Assembly (NCBI GenBank): GCA_036011085.1
Contig: DASCMS010000088.1
Coordinates: forward strand, 1,855-65,854
Reading direction: 5' to 3'
Origin: Candidatus Latescibacterota bacterium
GTDB lineage: Bacteria > Latescibacterota > UBA2968 > UBA8231
Length of the DNA: 64,000 nt
Shown here: in pieces, positions 1 through 10,565 of the stretch
How positions within the stretch are numbered: position 1 is the stretch's first letter
Layout: every line of letters starts with the position of its first letter
Translations under genes and position numbers: made by a program
The notes under the pieces: generated by a model
The model's input: only the letters and a program-made list of their open reading frames with translations
Database searches by the model: none
What the model was told of the DNA's origin: nothing

Positions 1-437
1 ATCTCTTCGATCAGGTCGAGTGTCATCTCGCTGTCGAGGATCTCGCGGTTGGCCGCCAGCACCTCGAAGACCTTGGCGTACAGCGCGTCGCCCACGTTGA
101 TGCTCAACGGCACACCATGCAGCCGGTGGATGCATGGCTTGCCACGCCGCATCTCGGAATCATCCTCGATATCGTCGTGCAGCAGGGCGAAGGATTGGAA
201 CATTTCGAAGGCGGCGGCGGTACGCAGCGCCTTGGAGACGTCGCCACCGTGGGCGGCGCATGACAGCAGCACGAGAGCCGGCCGTGAGCGCTTGCCACCC
301 CGCTCGGGGTAGTCGCGCATGGGCCGATACATGAACTCTTCCGGCTCCTGCAGCGGCAGGAACGAAAACAGTTCGTCCTCTATGAGGGGGATGTGGGTTT
401 CGAGAAACCCGCGTAATTCCGGGGAGACAGCCGACAT
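1..437 (-). CDS. Polyprenyl (farnesyl/geranylgeranyl) diphosphate synthase; N-terminus in window, C-terminus runs off the left edge
   Basis: Hand translation of the minus strand from ATG at 437: MSAVSPELRGFLETH...FQSFALLHDDIEDDSEMRRGKPCIHR...INVGDALY. This carries the first Asp-rich motif (DDxxD...RRG) of trans-isoprenyl diphosphate synthases. It is absent from the ORF track because there is no stop inside the window. It starts 6 nt after the atpC stop. Confidence 0.8.
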   Translation of the reverse strand, partial: MSAVSPELRGFLETHIPLIEDELFSFLPLQEPEEFMYRPMRDYPERGGKRSRPALVLLSCAAHGGDVSKALRTAAAFEMFQSFALLHDDIEDDSEMRRGKPCIHRLHGVPLSINVGDALYAKVFEVLAANREILDSEMTLDLIEE

Positions 438-443
438 TGGCGG

Positions 444-845
444 TCAGGTGGAGACGGAAGCCACCTTCAAGCGATTGAGGGCGCGGCCCAGAGCTGCCTC
501 GGTGCGGATTCGATCAAATTCGGCACTGCCCAACCGTTCGCTCGCCCGGTCACGGGATGCCTCGGCGCGGGCTACGTCGATGTCATCATCAAACTCAGCG
601 GTCTCGGCCAGCACGGTGACGCCCTCGCCGGAGACTTCAACGAAGCCGCCACTCGTGGCCAGATGCCGCCGGCTGCCGTCCTCGACAAAATCGAGAATCC
701 CGGTCTTCAACGAGGCCACCATGGACGCGTGATTCGCCAGAACCCCGAAGGAGCCCTCCGAACCGGGCGCCTGCAGGCTGGCCACCTCGCCGGAGTGGAG
801 GATCTTCTCCGGTGTCACGATGCGCAGTTGAAAGTTCGCCGGCAT
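444..845 (-). CDS. atpC: F1 ATP synthase epsilon subunit
   Basis: 133-aa ORF (MPANFQLRIVTPEKILHSGEV...GSFGVLANHASMV...) with epsilon-like sequence. It holds the last position of the canonical atp order, directly after beta. Confidence 0.9.
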   Translation of the reverse strand: MPANFQLRIVTPEKILHSGEVASLQAPGSEGSFGVLANHASMVASLKTGILDFVEDGSRRHLATSGGFVEVSGEGVTVLAETAEFDDDIDVARAEASRDRASERLGSAEFDRIRTEAALGRALNRLKVASVST

Positions 846-848
846 GAC

Positions 849-2267
<1,419 letters not shown>

Positions 2268-3137
2268 TTAGGCGACGGCTTCGGCGCCGCCGATGATGTC
2301 CATCAGCTCCAGGGTGATGGAGCTCTGACGTTCCTTGTTCATCTCGCGGGTGAGCTCGTCGATCAGATCACCGGCGTTCTTTGTGGCGTTGTCCATCGAC
2401 GTCATCTGGGCGGCAAAGAACCCAGCGTTCGTCGCCAGCAGCGCGCTCCACACCTGGAAATTGACGTGGCGCGGCACCAGAGCCTCGAGCAACTGATCCG
2501 GGTCAGGCTCGAAGATATAGTCCTCGGCCACCGTCGGACTGCTGTCATCAGTGTCATCTGATCGAATCGGCAGCAGCTGCTGCACGACGGGGATCTGATT
2601 GGCCACCGAACGGAATTGCGAGTAAATCAACAACACGCGGTCGACCTTGCCCTCGACATAGTCACGGGTCACTTGCTGAGCGATGGTCGCGGCGTGGGCG
2701 AAGTTGAGATCGCGGAACACGTCTGCATGATGATGTTCTGCGTCAAACCCCCGGTGGCGCAGAAAATCGCGTCCCTTGCGGCCCACCGTAGTCAACTCGA
2801 TATCGACATTCCTGGTGCTGTGGGATTCGAGCTCGACACGAGCCATGCGGCCCACATTGCCGTTGAAGCCGCCACAGAGACCGCGATCGGCAGTGATGAC
2901 GATGGCGGCGATACGCTCCACCGGGCGCTCCTGAAACAACGGATGAGCGTCGGCGTCCACACCTGCCTGCAGACGCCGCAGTGTCAGGTCCAGCTGCTCG
3001 GCGTAGGGACGGGCGGACTCGATCGCCTCCTGAGCACGACGCATCTTCGCGGCGGCCACCATATACATCGCGTTGGTGACCCGCTGGATGTTGGTGATCG
3101 ACGATACGCGCGTGCGAAGTTGTTTGAGGGTTGCCAC
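2268..3137 (-). CDS. atpG: F1 ATP synthase gamma subunit
   Basis: 289 aa, GTG start at 3137. The N-terminus MATLKQLRTRVSSITNIQRVTNAMYMVAAAKMRRAQ is typical of gamma. Confidence 0.95.
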   Translation of the reverse strand: MATLKQLRTRVSSITNIQRVTNAMYMVAAAKMRRAQEAIESARPYAEQLDLTLRRLQAGVDADAHPLFQERPVERIAAIVITADRGLCGGFNGNVGRMARVELESHSTRNVDIELTTVGRKGRDFLRHRGFDAEHHHADVFRDLNFAHAATIAQQVTRDYVEGKVDRVLLIYSQFRSVANQIPVVQQLLPIRSDDTDDSSPTVAEDYIFEPDPDQLLEALVPRHVNFQVWSALLATNAGFFAAQMTSMDNATKNAGDLIDELTREMNKERQSSITLELMDIIGGAEAVA

Positions 3138-3152
3138 CGGTGCTGTTTTCCT

Positions 3153-3320
3153 TAGGAGCGTGTCCCAGTATTCGCTTTGCAGCGAGGTCGTGTCATTGGC
3201 GTTGCTCGCAAGGCGCGCGAGTGACCTGAATTGAAACGAGATTCAGAGAGTGAGCGGAACGTAGCGAGCGGCGCCAAGGGCGCGGCCACAGCGCAAATGG
3301 AATGCTTGGACACGCTCCTA
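3153..3320. repeat. About 168-nt imperfect palindrome (long hairpin, REP/MITE-like) filling the atpA-atpG intergenic gap
   Basis: TAGGAGCGTGTCC (3153-3165) is the exact reverse complement of GGACACGCTCCTA (3308-3320). Inner arms pair imperfectly: AGTATTC..TTTGC..TTGGCGTTGCTCGC against the reverse complement of GCGAGCGGCGCCAA..GCAAA..GAATGCT. The apex is CTGAAT-N9-ATTCAG. The atpA stop codon (3318-3320) lies inside the outer stem. Confidence 0.6.
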
Positions 3321-4844
3321 TCCCTCAGATGTCCGGAAAGTGCTCTTGAAGGTCTCGATGGCGGCACCCATCTGTTCCTTGGACTCGTCACTGAGATCGC
3401 GGCTGTCGCGGATTGTCGCCATCAACTCGGACTGGCGGTCACGCATGTAGGCCAGCAGCTCCTCCTCGAAGCGGCGCACGTCCGCCGTCGGCAGATCGAG
3501 GATGAAGTCGATGGCTGCCAGGGCCACGACCTCGTCCTCCATGGCCAGAGGCGAATACTGTCCCTGCTTCAGGATCTCCATCAGCTTCTCGCCGCGATTG
3601 AGCAGGTCGCGCGTCGCCTGATCGAGATCGGAGGTGCCGAACTGGGCGAAGGCCTTGACCTCGTTATAGCGCGAGATATCGCCCTTGATCGACTTGGAGA
3701 CGCCCTTGATGGCCTTGGTCTGCGCTGCCGAACCGACGCGCGACACCGAGGCCCCAACGTCCATGGCGGGCCGGTTGCCGGAGTAGAACAGTTCGGGTTT
3801 GAGCAGAATCTGACCGTCGGTGATGGAGATGACGTTCGTCGGTACGAAGGTCGACACGTCGCCTTCGAGAATCTCGATGATCGGCAGCGCTGTCAGCGAC
3901 CCGGCGCCCTTCTCGTCGCTCATCTTCGAGGCCCGTTCGAGCAGGCGGGAGTGCAGGTAGAACACGTCGCCCGGGTAGGCCTCACGGCCCGGCGGGCGCC
4001 GCAGGACCAACGACATCTCACGGTAGGCCCAGGCCTGTTTCGTCAGATCGTCGTAGATGATCAGCGCGTGTTTGCCGTTGTCGCGGAAGTACTCACCCAT
4101 GGAGCAGCCGGCGTATGGTGCGATGAACTGCAACGGCGCCGGATCGGAAGCGGTGGCCGACACGACGATGGTGTACTCCATGGCGCCGTTGGCCTCCAGC
4201 TCGGCAACCACCTTGGCGACGGTGGATGCCTTCTGGCCGATGGCGACATAGATGCAGATGAGGTCGCCGCCCTTCTGATTGATGATCGTGTCGACGGCGA
4301 TGGCGGTCTTGCCCGTCTGCCGGTCGCCGATGATCAGCTCGCGCTGACCTCGCCCGATCGGTACGGTGGAGTCGACGATCTTGATCCCCGTCTGTACCGC
4401 CTCGTGCACCGACTGACGGTCGATGACACCCGGCGCCTTGCGTTCCACCGGCAGTGACTGGGCCGTCTGGATCTCGCCCTTGCCGTCGATGGGCATGCCC
4501 AGGGGATTGACGACGCGGCCGAGCAGTTCGTCACCCACCGGGACCTCGACGATGCTTCCCGTGCGCTTTACGGAATCACCCTCGTGGATCATGGTGTCGT
4601 CACCGAAGAGGACGCACCCCACGTTGTCGGCTTCGAGATTGAGGGCCATTCCCATGATGCCGTGGGGGAATTCGACCAGCTCGGTGGCTCGTACGTTCCC
4701 CAGGCCGTGAACGCGGGCGATGCCGTCTCCTACATACAGGACGGTGCCGCTCTCATAGACGTCGACTTCCTTTTCGAACCCAAGCAGCTGCTGCTTGAGA
4801 ACCTTGGATATCTCGTCGGGTTGAACGATGGCGTCGGCGGGCAT
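3318..4844 (-). CDS. atpA: F1 ATP synthase alpha subunit
   Basis: 508 aa with Walker A GDRQTGKT. Clear F1 alpha sequence. Confidence 0.97.
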   Translation of the reverse strand: MPADAIVQPDEISKVLKQQLLGFEKEVDVYESGTVLYVGDGIARVHGLGNVRATELVEFPHGIMGMALNLEADNVGCVLFGDDTMIHEGDSVKRTGSIVEVPVGDELLGRVVNPLGMPIDGKGEIQTAQSLPVERKAPGVIDRQSVHEAVQTGIKIVDSTVPIGRGQRELIIGDRQTGKTAIAVDTIINQKGGDLICIYVAIGQKASTVAKVVAELEANGAMEYTIVVSATASDPAPLQFIAPYAGCSMGEYFRDNGKHALIIYDDLTKQAWAYREMSLVLRRPPGREAYPGDVFYLHSRLLERASKMSDEKGAGSLTALPIIEILEGDVSTFVPTNVISITDGQILLKPELFYSGNRPAMDVGASVSRVGSAAQTKAIKGVSKSIKGDISRYNEVKAFAQFGTSDLDQATRDLLNRGEKLMEILKQGQYSPLAMEDEVVALAAIDFILDLPTADVRRFEEELLAYMRDRQSELMATIRDSRDLSDESKEQMGAAIETFKSTFRTSEG

Positions 4845-4862
4845 TTCGGTCTCGTCTTCTGT

Positions 4863-5423
4863 TCAGGATGCGGAGGCTACGCCGGCGAGACGCCGGTGCA
4901 ACCGTGCTAGTTGGGTCTCGACGCTGCCGTCGAAGACTGTGTCGCCAATGCGGGCCACGATGCCGCCCCGCAGATCCGGGTCGACCTGTACTTCGACCTG
5001 CACGCGCTGGCCGGTATGTGTGGACAGGCGTTCCTGCAGGCGATCGACCTGCTCGCCAGAAAGCTCGGTGGCGCAGCGCACTTCGGCGGTGGCCACGCCC
5101 TCGCGTTCGGCGATCAGGCGCAGCGCCGTGTCGACGATGGTGCCGAGCAGGTTCGCCCGGCGGCGCTGGGCCACCATCTTCAGGAAGTTGGTGGTGAGGT
5201 TATCGACCTTGCCGGCAAAGATTGCTGCCAGGGCATCGGCTGCCGCGGCGCCGTCGACGAGGCGGTTGCCGAGAAACTCCTGCAGATCCGGAGATCCTGT
5301 GAGGCTCGCCTGGAGCCCCTCCAGGTCACGGGTCACGGCCTCGGACACACCGGTCTCTGCCGCGGCTTCCAACAGAGTGACGGCATAGCGCCGGACGACT
5401 TCAGGTGATGGGGTCGATGCCAT
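4863..5423 (-). CDS. atpH: F1 ATP synthase delta (OSCP) subunit
   Basis: ORF 4863..5534 trimmed to the ATG at 5423 (MASTPSPEVVRRYAVTLLEAA...), because the upstream part overlaps atpF. Size and position between b and alpha fit delta. Confidence 0.8.
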   Translation of the reverse strand: MASTPSPEVVRRYAVTLLEAAAETGVSEAVTRDLEGLQASLTGSPDLQEFLGNRLVDGAAAADALAAIFAGKVDNLTTNFLKMVAQRRRANLLGTIVDTALRLIAEREGVATAEVRCATELSGEQVDRLQERLSTHTGQRVQVEVQVDPDLRGGIVARIGDTVFDGSVETQLARLHRRLAGVASAS

Positions 5424-5436
5424 GGAATGGGTCCGG

Positions 5437-5934
5437 TCAGTTGCTCGCGTCTGGCAGGCTGGCGATGAAATCATCGGCCAGCTTGCGGTTGCGGTCGGCA
5501 TCGAGTTCGGCATTGAGGATCGCCCCGGCGGCACCGACAGCTATGTCAGCTGCCTCCCGGCGTAGCTGGGCGAGGGCCGCACGCTTCTCAGCCTCGATGG
5601 CCTCGCTGGCCCGCTGGGCCGTGCGTTCGGCTTCCTCCCTGGCGTCAGCCACGACCTGCTGACCGACCTTCTCCGCCGCTTCTCGCGCTTCGCTGACAAT
5701 CTGCCGCGCCTGTGATTCCGCCTCGGCAAGCCGCTTTTCGTGTTCGGCCTGCTGTGTCTGGGCTTCCTCGCGGGCGCGGTCGGCGCTCTCGAGGGCCTCG
5801 CGGATGCTGCGCTCCCGTTCGTCGAGAGCGGCGAGCAACGGGCCCCACACCTTTGCCTTCAGTATGACGAGCACCACGACAAAGGTGATGATCGTCCACA
5901 GAATCAGACCGGGATGAGGGGAGAGAAGATCCAT
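5437..5934 (-). CDS. atpF: F0 ATP synthase b subunit
   Basis: 165 aa. One N-terminal TM helix (LILWTIITFVVVLVIL) followed by a long charged helix. Position between c and delta. Confidence 0.85.
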   Translation of the reverse strand: MDLLSPHPGLILWTIITFVVVLVILKAKVWGPLLAALDERERSIREALESADRAREEAQTQQAEHEKRLAEAESQARQIVSEAREAAEKVGQQVVADAREEAERTAQRASEAIEAEKRAALAQLRREAADIAVGAAGAILNAELDADRNRKLADDFIASLPDASN

Positions 5935-5936
5935 TG

Positions 5937-6173
<237 letters not shown>

Positions 6174-6214
6174 CTAAAGTGAACGAAAAATCGAAAAGAC
6201 CGATGGCTCCCGGA

Positions 6215-7027
6215 TCAGTGATCCGGATGCGCGGCCATACTCACGAACAGCGCCGTGAGCAGAGTGAATATGAAGGCCTGTACGAAGCCGATGAAGATCT
6301 CGAGCATGTAGAGCGCCGCCGCCAGGGCGATAGAGGCCGGTGCCACCAGGTAGCTCTTCAACATGATGATGAGGCCGAGGAACACGAGGATGGCGATGTG
6401 TCCGGCGATCATGTTGGCGAACAGTCGGATGCACAGGGCAAACGGCTTGGCCAGCATGCCGATGATCTCGATGGGGATCATGATGATCAACAACGGCGCC
6501 GGCAGGCCGCCGGGCACCAGGTTCTTCCAGTGGCTGAAGAACCCGTTGTTGACGATACCCGCGCCCTGGGTCACGGTGAAGGAGATCAGTGCCAGGGCCG
6601 CGGTGACGCTGATGTTACCCGTCGCCGTCGCCGTGTACGGGATCAACCCGAGCATGTTGCAGTAGAGGATGAAGAAGAAGATCGTCAGCAGGAAAGGGAG
6701 GAAGGTCTTGCCGCTCTCCCCCATCACCGGCATGATGACCTCGTCTTTCAGGAAGACGACAATGGTCTCGAGGAAGTTGGCCAGACCCGTGGGCACCATG
6801 CTCGGCCGGCGGAAGGAGGCCAGCATCGTCAGGATCAGCAAGGCGCTGGCAACCCACATCATCACCACGTGACGGGTGATGGACATGTCGATGCCAAAGA
6901 CCTCAAAGTGCGGAAGTTCGATGTGCCCGTCGAAGATATGATGGGCGTTGATGAACGGTACTTCCAGGGAATGGTGATCCAGGATGTGCCCGATGACGTC
7001 GACCTGACCGTCTGCGTCTGCTGCCAT
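6215..7027 (-). CDS. atpB: F0 ATP synthase a subunit
   Basis: 270 aa, multi-TM. Conserved stator Arg region LCIRLFANMIAGH. Confidence 0.9.
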   Translation of the reverse strand: MAADADGQVDVIGHILDHHSLEVPFINAHHIFDGHIELPHFEVFGIDMSITRHVVMMWVASALLILTMLASFRRPSMVPTGLANFLETIVVFLKDEVIMPVMGESGKTFLPFLLTIFFFILYCNMLGLIPYTATATGNISVTAALALISFTVTQGAGIVNNGFFSHWKNLVPGGLPAPLLIIMIPIEIIGMLAKPFALCIRLFANMIAGHIAILVFLGLIIMLKSYLVAPASIALAAALYMLEIFIGFVQAFIFTLLTALFVSMAAHPDH

Positions 7028-7109
7028 CTACTCCGTCACAGAAGGGAATTGTAGAAGTTTTGCGGCTTTCCGGGGACCACAATCTTCGTTGGCCCGCCAG
7101 AAAATGTGG

Positions 7110-7445
7110 CTAGCCTTCGCCCTTGTCAACACCTCCGTCGGGCCCAGCCAGCGGCCGCCTTCGATTCGCCGAGCGGGCCACGAGAGCCACCTCGATACCG
7201 AGAAAAACCAGGTAGGCGCCGATCAGTCCGACGGCGTAGCCGATGTGGTGTACATCGGTGAACAGCAGCAGCAGAACGGACACGCCACCGACGAGGACGA
7301 GGCGCACCAGGGTGCCTCCCAGCACGGCGACCATCATGGTGCCTGGGCGGCGTGCCGACCAGCGCAGTCCGAACCAGGCGATCAGCGCACTGACCCCGGC
7401 GACGGCGATCCCTGTAGCCACCGCGACCCAAACCTGCTGCAACAT
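7110..7445 (-). CDS. atpI: ATP synthase protein I-like small membrane protein
   Basis: 111-aa hydrophobic protein immediately upstream of atpB. Its start overlaps the stop of the preceding AtpZ-like ORF (TGATG at 7443-7447). Confidence 0.55.
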   Translation of the reverse strand: MLQQVWVAVATGIAVAGVSALIAWFGLRWSARRPGTMMVAVLGGTLVRLVLVGGVSVLLLLFTDVHHIGYAVGLIGAYLVFLGIEVALVARSANRRRPLAGPDGGVDKGEG

Positions 7446-7711
7446 CAGCTCTCCCCGTCTTTGTTGTCTGTCTGCGTGGTGTCGGTGCTCGAATCGATCA
7501 ACGCGCGATAGAGTTGAAAGAAGGCTGCGACGGCGCCGATGAGGCCCCCCGTCAGCAGCAGCCAGGGGGACAGACCCAATCGATCATCAAGCCACCAGCC
7601 TGCCGCTGTACACAGGGCCACGGTAACGGCGAACTGTACACCGGCACCGGCAAGGGCCGTGACCTGCCGCAGGGCGGAGGGTTGCTGCCGCCCGTCGGAT
7701 TCGGCGGCCAT
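7445..7711 (-). CDS. AtpZ/AtpR-like small 2-TM protein (putative F0F1 ATPase accessory subunit)
   Basis: ORF 7445..8038 trimmed to the ATG at 7711 (MAAESDGRQQPSALRQVTALAGAGVQFAVTVALCTAAGWWLDDRLGLSPWLLLTGGLIGAVAAFFQLYR). This two-helix pattern is typical of the ATPase_gene1 family. The upstream extension overlaps the NuoN-like gene. Confidence 0.55.
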   Translation of the reverse strand: MAAESDGRQQPSALRQVTALAGAGVQFAVTVALCTAAGWWLDDRLGLSPWLLLTGGLIGAVAAFFQLYRALIDSSTDTTQTDNKDGES

Positions 7712-9147
7712 CAGCCCCCGGCCGCCAGCGCCGCTGCCCGCGCGATGGGCAGTGGCCACAGACCGAAGACGAGCAGCACCGTTGCCGCCAGCACGGCGGC
7801 GGCCAGCACGGCGGACGTCGCCTCCGGCACCGGTTCGGGTGGCGGTGCGTCGAATATGACCCGACCGGCAAAACGGATCAACGCCCCGGCAAGGACCAGA
7901 CCGTTGAGCATCAGGACGATGGAGACGAGCCCGGTGACTACGCCTTGGCCCTGGCTGTAAAGAGCGGACCAGAGGGCACCCCTCCCGGCGAAAGCCAGGG
8001 TGGGAGGCAGACCCGCCAGGGCCACGAGAAACAGACACAGCAACACGCCCTGTCCCGGCCGGCTCTGCGCCAGGCCGCTGGCCGTGCTTCCGTGCGTGTC
8101 ACCGGCCAGACCGGCCACCGCCAGGCAGCCGGCGACAGCGGGCACAAGAGCAGCCAGTTGCAGGAAGACGGTACCGGAGAAGGGATCCTCGCCGACGTGC
8201 GTAGCGATGCCGGCCAGAACGAAGCCGACGTGGGCCAGCACGGCGTACCCGAGCAGGCGTCGCAGCCGACGCTGCGGCAGAGCCAGCAGCGCGCCTGCCG
8301 TCGATGACAGTACCGCCAGCAGCAACAGCAGGCCTCCGAGGTCGGGCACCAGCGTTGCCAGCGGACCGGCGGCCAGACGGCCGAGCACGATCAACGCCGG
8401 CAGCACGCCGACGCTGAGGGTGAGCATAACCGCGGACGGGGCGCATCCCACGGCAACATCGGCGAGCCACAGATGAAACGGTACGGCCCCGGCGCGGACG
8501 GCCAGCCCCGCCAGCAGCAGTCCGCCGCCCACGGCTGCGCGTGGTGCCGAGCCCTCATTCAGCCCCGTGCCGAGAGCCTCGAAAGCCGGGCTGCCGGAGG
8601 CCGACCACAGGCAGGCGATACCGAGAGCTGACAGCGCCGTTGCCGCGCTCGCCGGACCCGAGTACCGCAGCGCCGCGCGCAACCCGTGCCGTCCCCGGGG
8701 TGGATCGTCGAGGGCCTGATACGCTACCAGACTGATGGCGGCCAGCTCGAACCCCACGAACAGGGTCAGCAGATCCTGCGCGCCGGCGCCGACCATGGCC
8801 CCCAGGGTTGCCGGCAGCATCAGCAGACAGGTCCCGGCCCGTTGCGGTGATGCCGGCGCACCCGTTGCCATCAGCGCTGCCAGCACGACACCGCACAGAA
8901 TGAGAACGTCGGCGAAAGCAGCTGCGGGATCCGCTGCCAGCCAGTGTGTGTCGCCGCGCCAGGGACGGTCCCATGCCTGCAGGGCGATCGCCAGGGCCGT
9001 GAGCAGTCCCAGGAGCGTCGCGTAGGCGATGGCACGGCTCGTGCGTCGAGGCCACATCACGGCATCGAGCAACGCCAGTACCAGGGCGACCAGGGCCAGC
9101 AGGATTTCAGGCGCCAGCTCGGGGGCCTGCAGATCGGTCCAGGTCAC
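7711..9147 (-). CDS. nuoN: NuoN-like antiporter-type subunit of a divergent complex-I-like operon
   Basis: ORF 7711..9903 trimmed to the GTG at 9147 (VTWTDLQAPELAPEILL...), which gives a GTGA overlap with the upstream gene. About 14 TM, with helix-7 motif AVPFHLWLADV. Last in K-L-M-N order. Confidence 0.65.
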   Translation of the reverse strand: MTWTDLQAPELAPEILLALVALVLALLDAVMWPRRTSRAIAYATLLGLLTALAIALQAWDRPWRGDTHWLAADPAAAFADVLILCGVVLAALMATGAPASPQRAGTCLLMLPATLGAMVGAGAQDLLTLFVGFELAAISLVAYQALDDPPRGRHGLRAALRYSGPASAATALSALGIACLWSASGSPAFEALGTGLNEGSAPRAAVGGGLLLAGLAVRAGAVPFHLWLADVAVGCAPSAVMLTLSVGVLPALIVLGRLAAGPLATLVPDLGGLLLLLAVLSSTAGALLALPQRRLRRLLGYAVLAHVGFVLAGIATHVGEDPFSGTVFLQLAALVPAVAGCLAVAGLAGDTHGSTASGLAQSRPGQGVLLCLFLVALAGLPPTLAFAGRGALWSALYSQGQGVVTGLVSIVLMLNGLVLAGALIRFAGRVIFDAPPPEPVPEATSAVLAAAVLAATVLLVFGLWPLPIARAAALAAGG

Positions 9148-10565
9148 GGGGCCTCCTCCGTGACCTGTGCCGCCGTCGCCGTGGGCGGCACCCTCTCCAG
9201 AAGCCCCTCCACGTCCGGTCGTGTGCGGTCCACGAAGGAACCGGGGAACCAGCCTGTGAGCAGCACCACCGCCAGCACCGCCACGAGCAGTCGCGACAGC
9301 GCGACGGGCAGGCCGGGGCCTGTGCGCACGCGGGCCAGACGTACGGTGGGCACCAGCAGGGCAAAGGCCATGGTCACAGTTGCCAGCATCAGTATCCCGG
9401 CCACGACTGGACTGGCGGTGCCCGTCACCACGAGCAGCCAGCCGGGGAACAGACTCGCCCCCGGTGCGGCGACCAGCACCAGGGCCAGCGTCGCCCAGAT
9501 GGCAGCCAGAGTGCCGCGACGCGCCCCGGTATGTGTGATCCACTGCGCCAGCAACAGCAGTGCGACCCGCGGCAGCGCCTGGGCGCTGGCGTACAACCAG
9601 GCCCCCAGCACGACAGAGGTCTCGAGCCCGGCCACGCCGACCAGCAGCAGGCCACCGGCACCGAGGGTGACCCACGACAGTCGTCGTGGCAGATCCTGCT
9701 CCCGCTGGGCGACCGCCAGTAGTGCCGCGTAGGCCAGCGTTGCCGTACCCCAGTAGAGCGGCACCGGGGCGGCGTACGCCAGCAGATCCGGAAACAGGCC
9801 GAGACCGTAGCGCAGCAGGCCGATGACACCGGCAGCGCACCAGGCGCCGAACACGAGGGTGCGCCCTGCCAGGCTTCCGGCGGCAGCCACGGGGGCCAGC
9901 CACGTGTGCAGTGGGATCAGTGGCAACTGCATGGCCATGGCCAGCGCCAGCAGCGAAGCGGCGAAGCGTGCCGCACCCGGATCGATGTGCGTCAGGTCAT
10001 CGATGACGGTCGAACCGGCCACCGCCGACAGGATGGCCGCCGACGTGGACAACAGGATCGTGCCGGCCACCGCCCAGCTGGCAAACCGTCTGGCCGCCGA
10101 CCGACCCGCCAGATCGGTGCCGATTCCCAACAGCGCTGCCAGGGCCAGTCCTGCAGTACCGTGAGCCGCTGCGGCGCTCAGCACGTCGTGGGACAGCAGG
10201 AACAGGTCCATGGCCGCCACCACGACAAAGATCAGTGCCAGGCGCGGCACCGAGGCACCCTCGGCCTGCAGACGGATCTCGGCGATGACGGCAACGACGA
10301 ACACCGCCGTCAACACCAGGATCGCATGGATGCTGATACCGTCGACGGCCAGCAGGATCTGGCTGCCAAGGGCGGGTAGCCAGGATGCCTCGAGCGCGGA
10401 CCGGGGCGCGGCGTAGGTCAGGTAGAGGGCGACGACGAGAATGACGTGGGCGCAGAGACTGACCCCGGCGACGATTTCAGCCGCCAGCCGGCGGCCGGCC
10501 AGGCAGGCCAGAACCGCCGCCGTACCGATGGGCAGCAGGATGAGACAGGTGGTCGCCGGACTCAC
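9144..10565 (-). CDS. nuoM: NuoM-like antiporter-type subunit (divergent)
   Basis: ORF trimmed to the GTG at 10565 (GTGA overlap). Multi-TM, with motif LPLIPLHTWLAPVAAAGSLAG resembling the canonical WLPxAHVEAPTAGS. Confidence 0.65.
   Translation of the reverse strand: MSPATTCLILLPIGTAAVLACLAGRRLAAEIVAGVSLCAHVILVVALYLTYAAPRSALEASWLPALGSQILLAVDGISIHAILVLTAVFVVAVIAEIRLQAEGASVPRLALIFVVVAAMDLFLLSHDVLSAAAAHGTAGLALAALLGIGTDLAGRSAARRFASWAVAGTILLSTSAAILSAVAGSTVIDDLTHIDPGAARFAASLLALAMAMQLPLIPLHTWLAPVAAAGSLAGRTLVFGAWCAAGVIGLLRYGLGLFPDLLAYAAPVPLYWGTATLAYAALLAVAQREQDLPRRLSWVTLGAGGLLLVGVAGLETSVVLGAWLYASAQALPRVALLLLAQWITHTGARRGTLAAIWATLALVLVAAPGASLFPGWLLVVTGTASPVVAGILMLATVTMAFALLVPTVRLARVRTGPGLPVALSRLLVAVLAVVLLTGWFPGSFVDRTRPDVEGLLERVPPTATAAQVTEEAP

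Noticed and set aside
3231-4457. 408-aa plus-strand ORF
   Set aside because: It is antisense to the unmistakable atpA gene. It is Arg/Gly/Asp/Leu-rich, low-complexity and has no family resemblance, so it is a GC-rich shadow ORF.
9148-9903. About 250-aa Arg/Gly/Pro-rich N-terminal extension of the 730-aa ORF (similar extensions occur on ORFs 10562..12538, 12510..13628, 20670..22139, 41525..42826, 46774..48015)
   Set aside because: The extensions overlap the upstream gene in another frame and lack TM or family character. Trimming to the start codon that overlaps the upstream stop gives proteins of canonical size.
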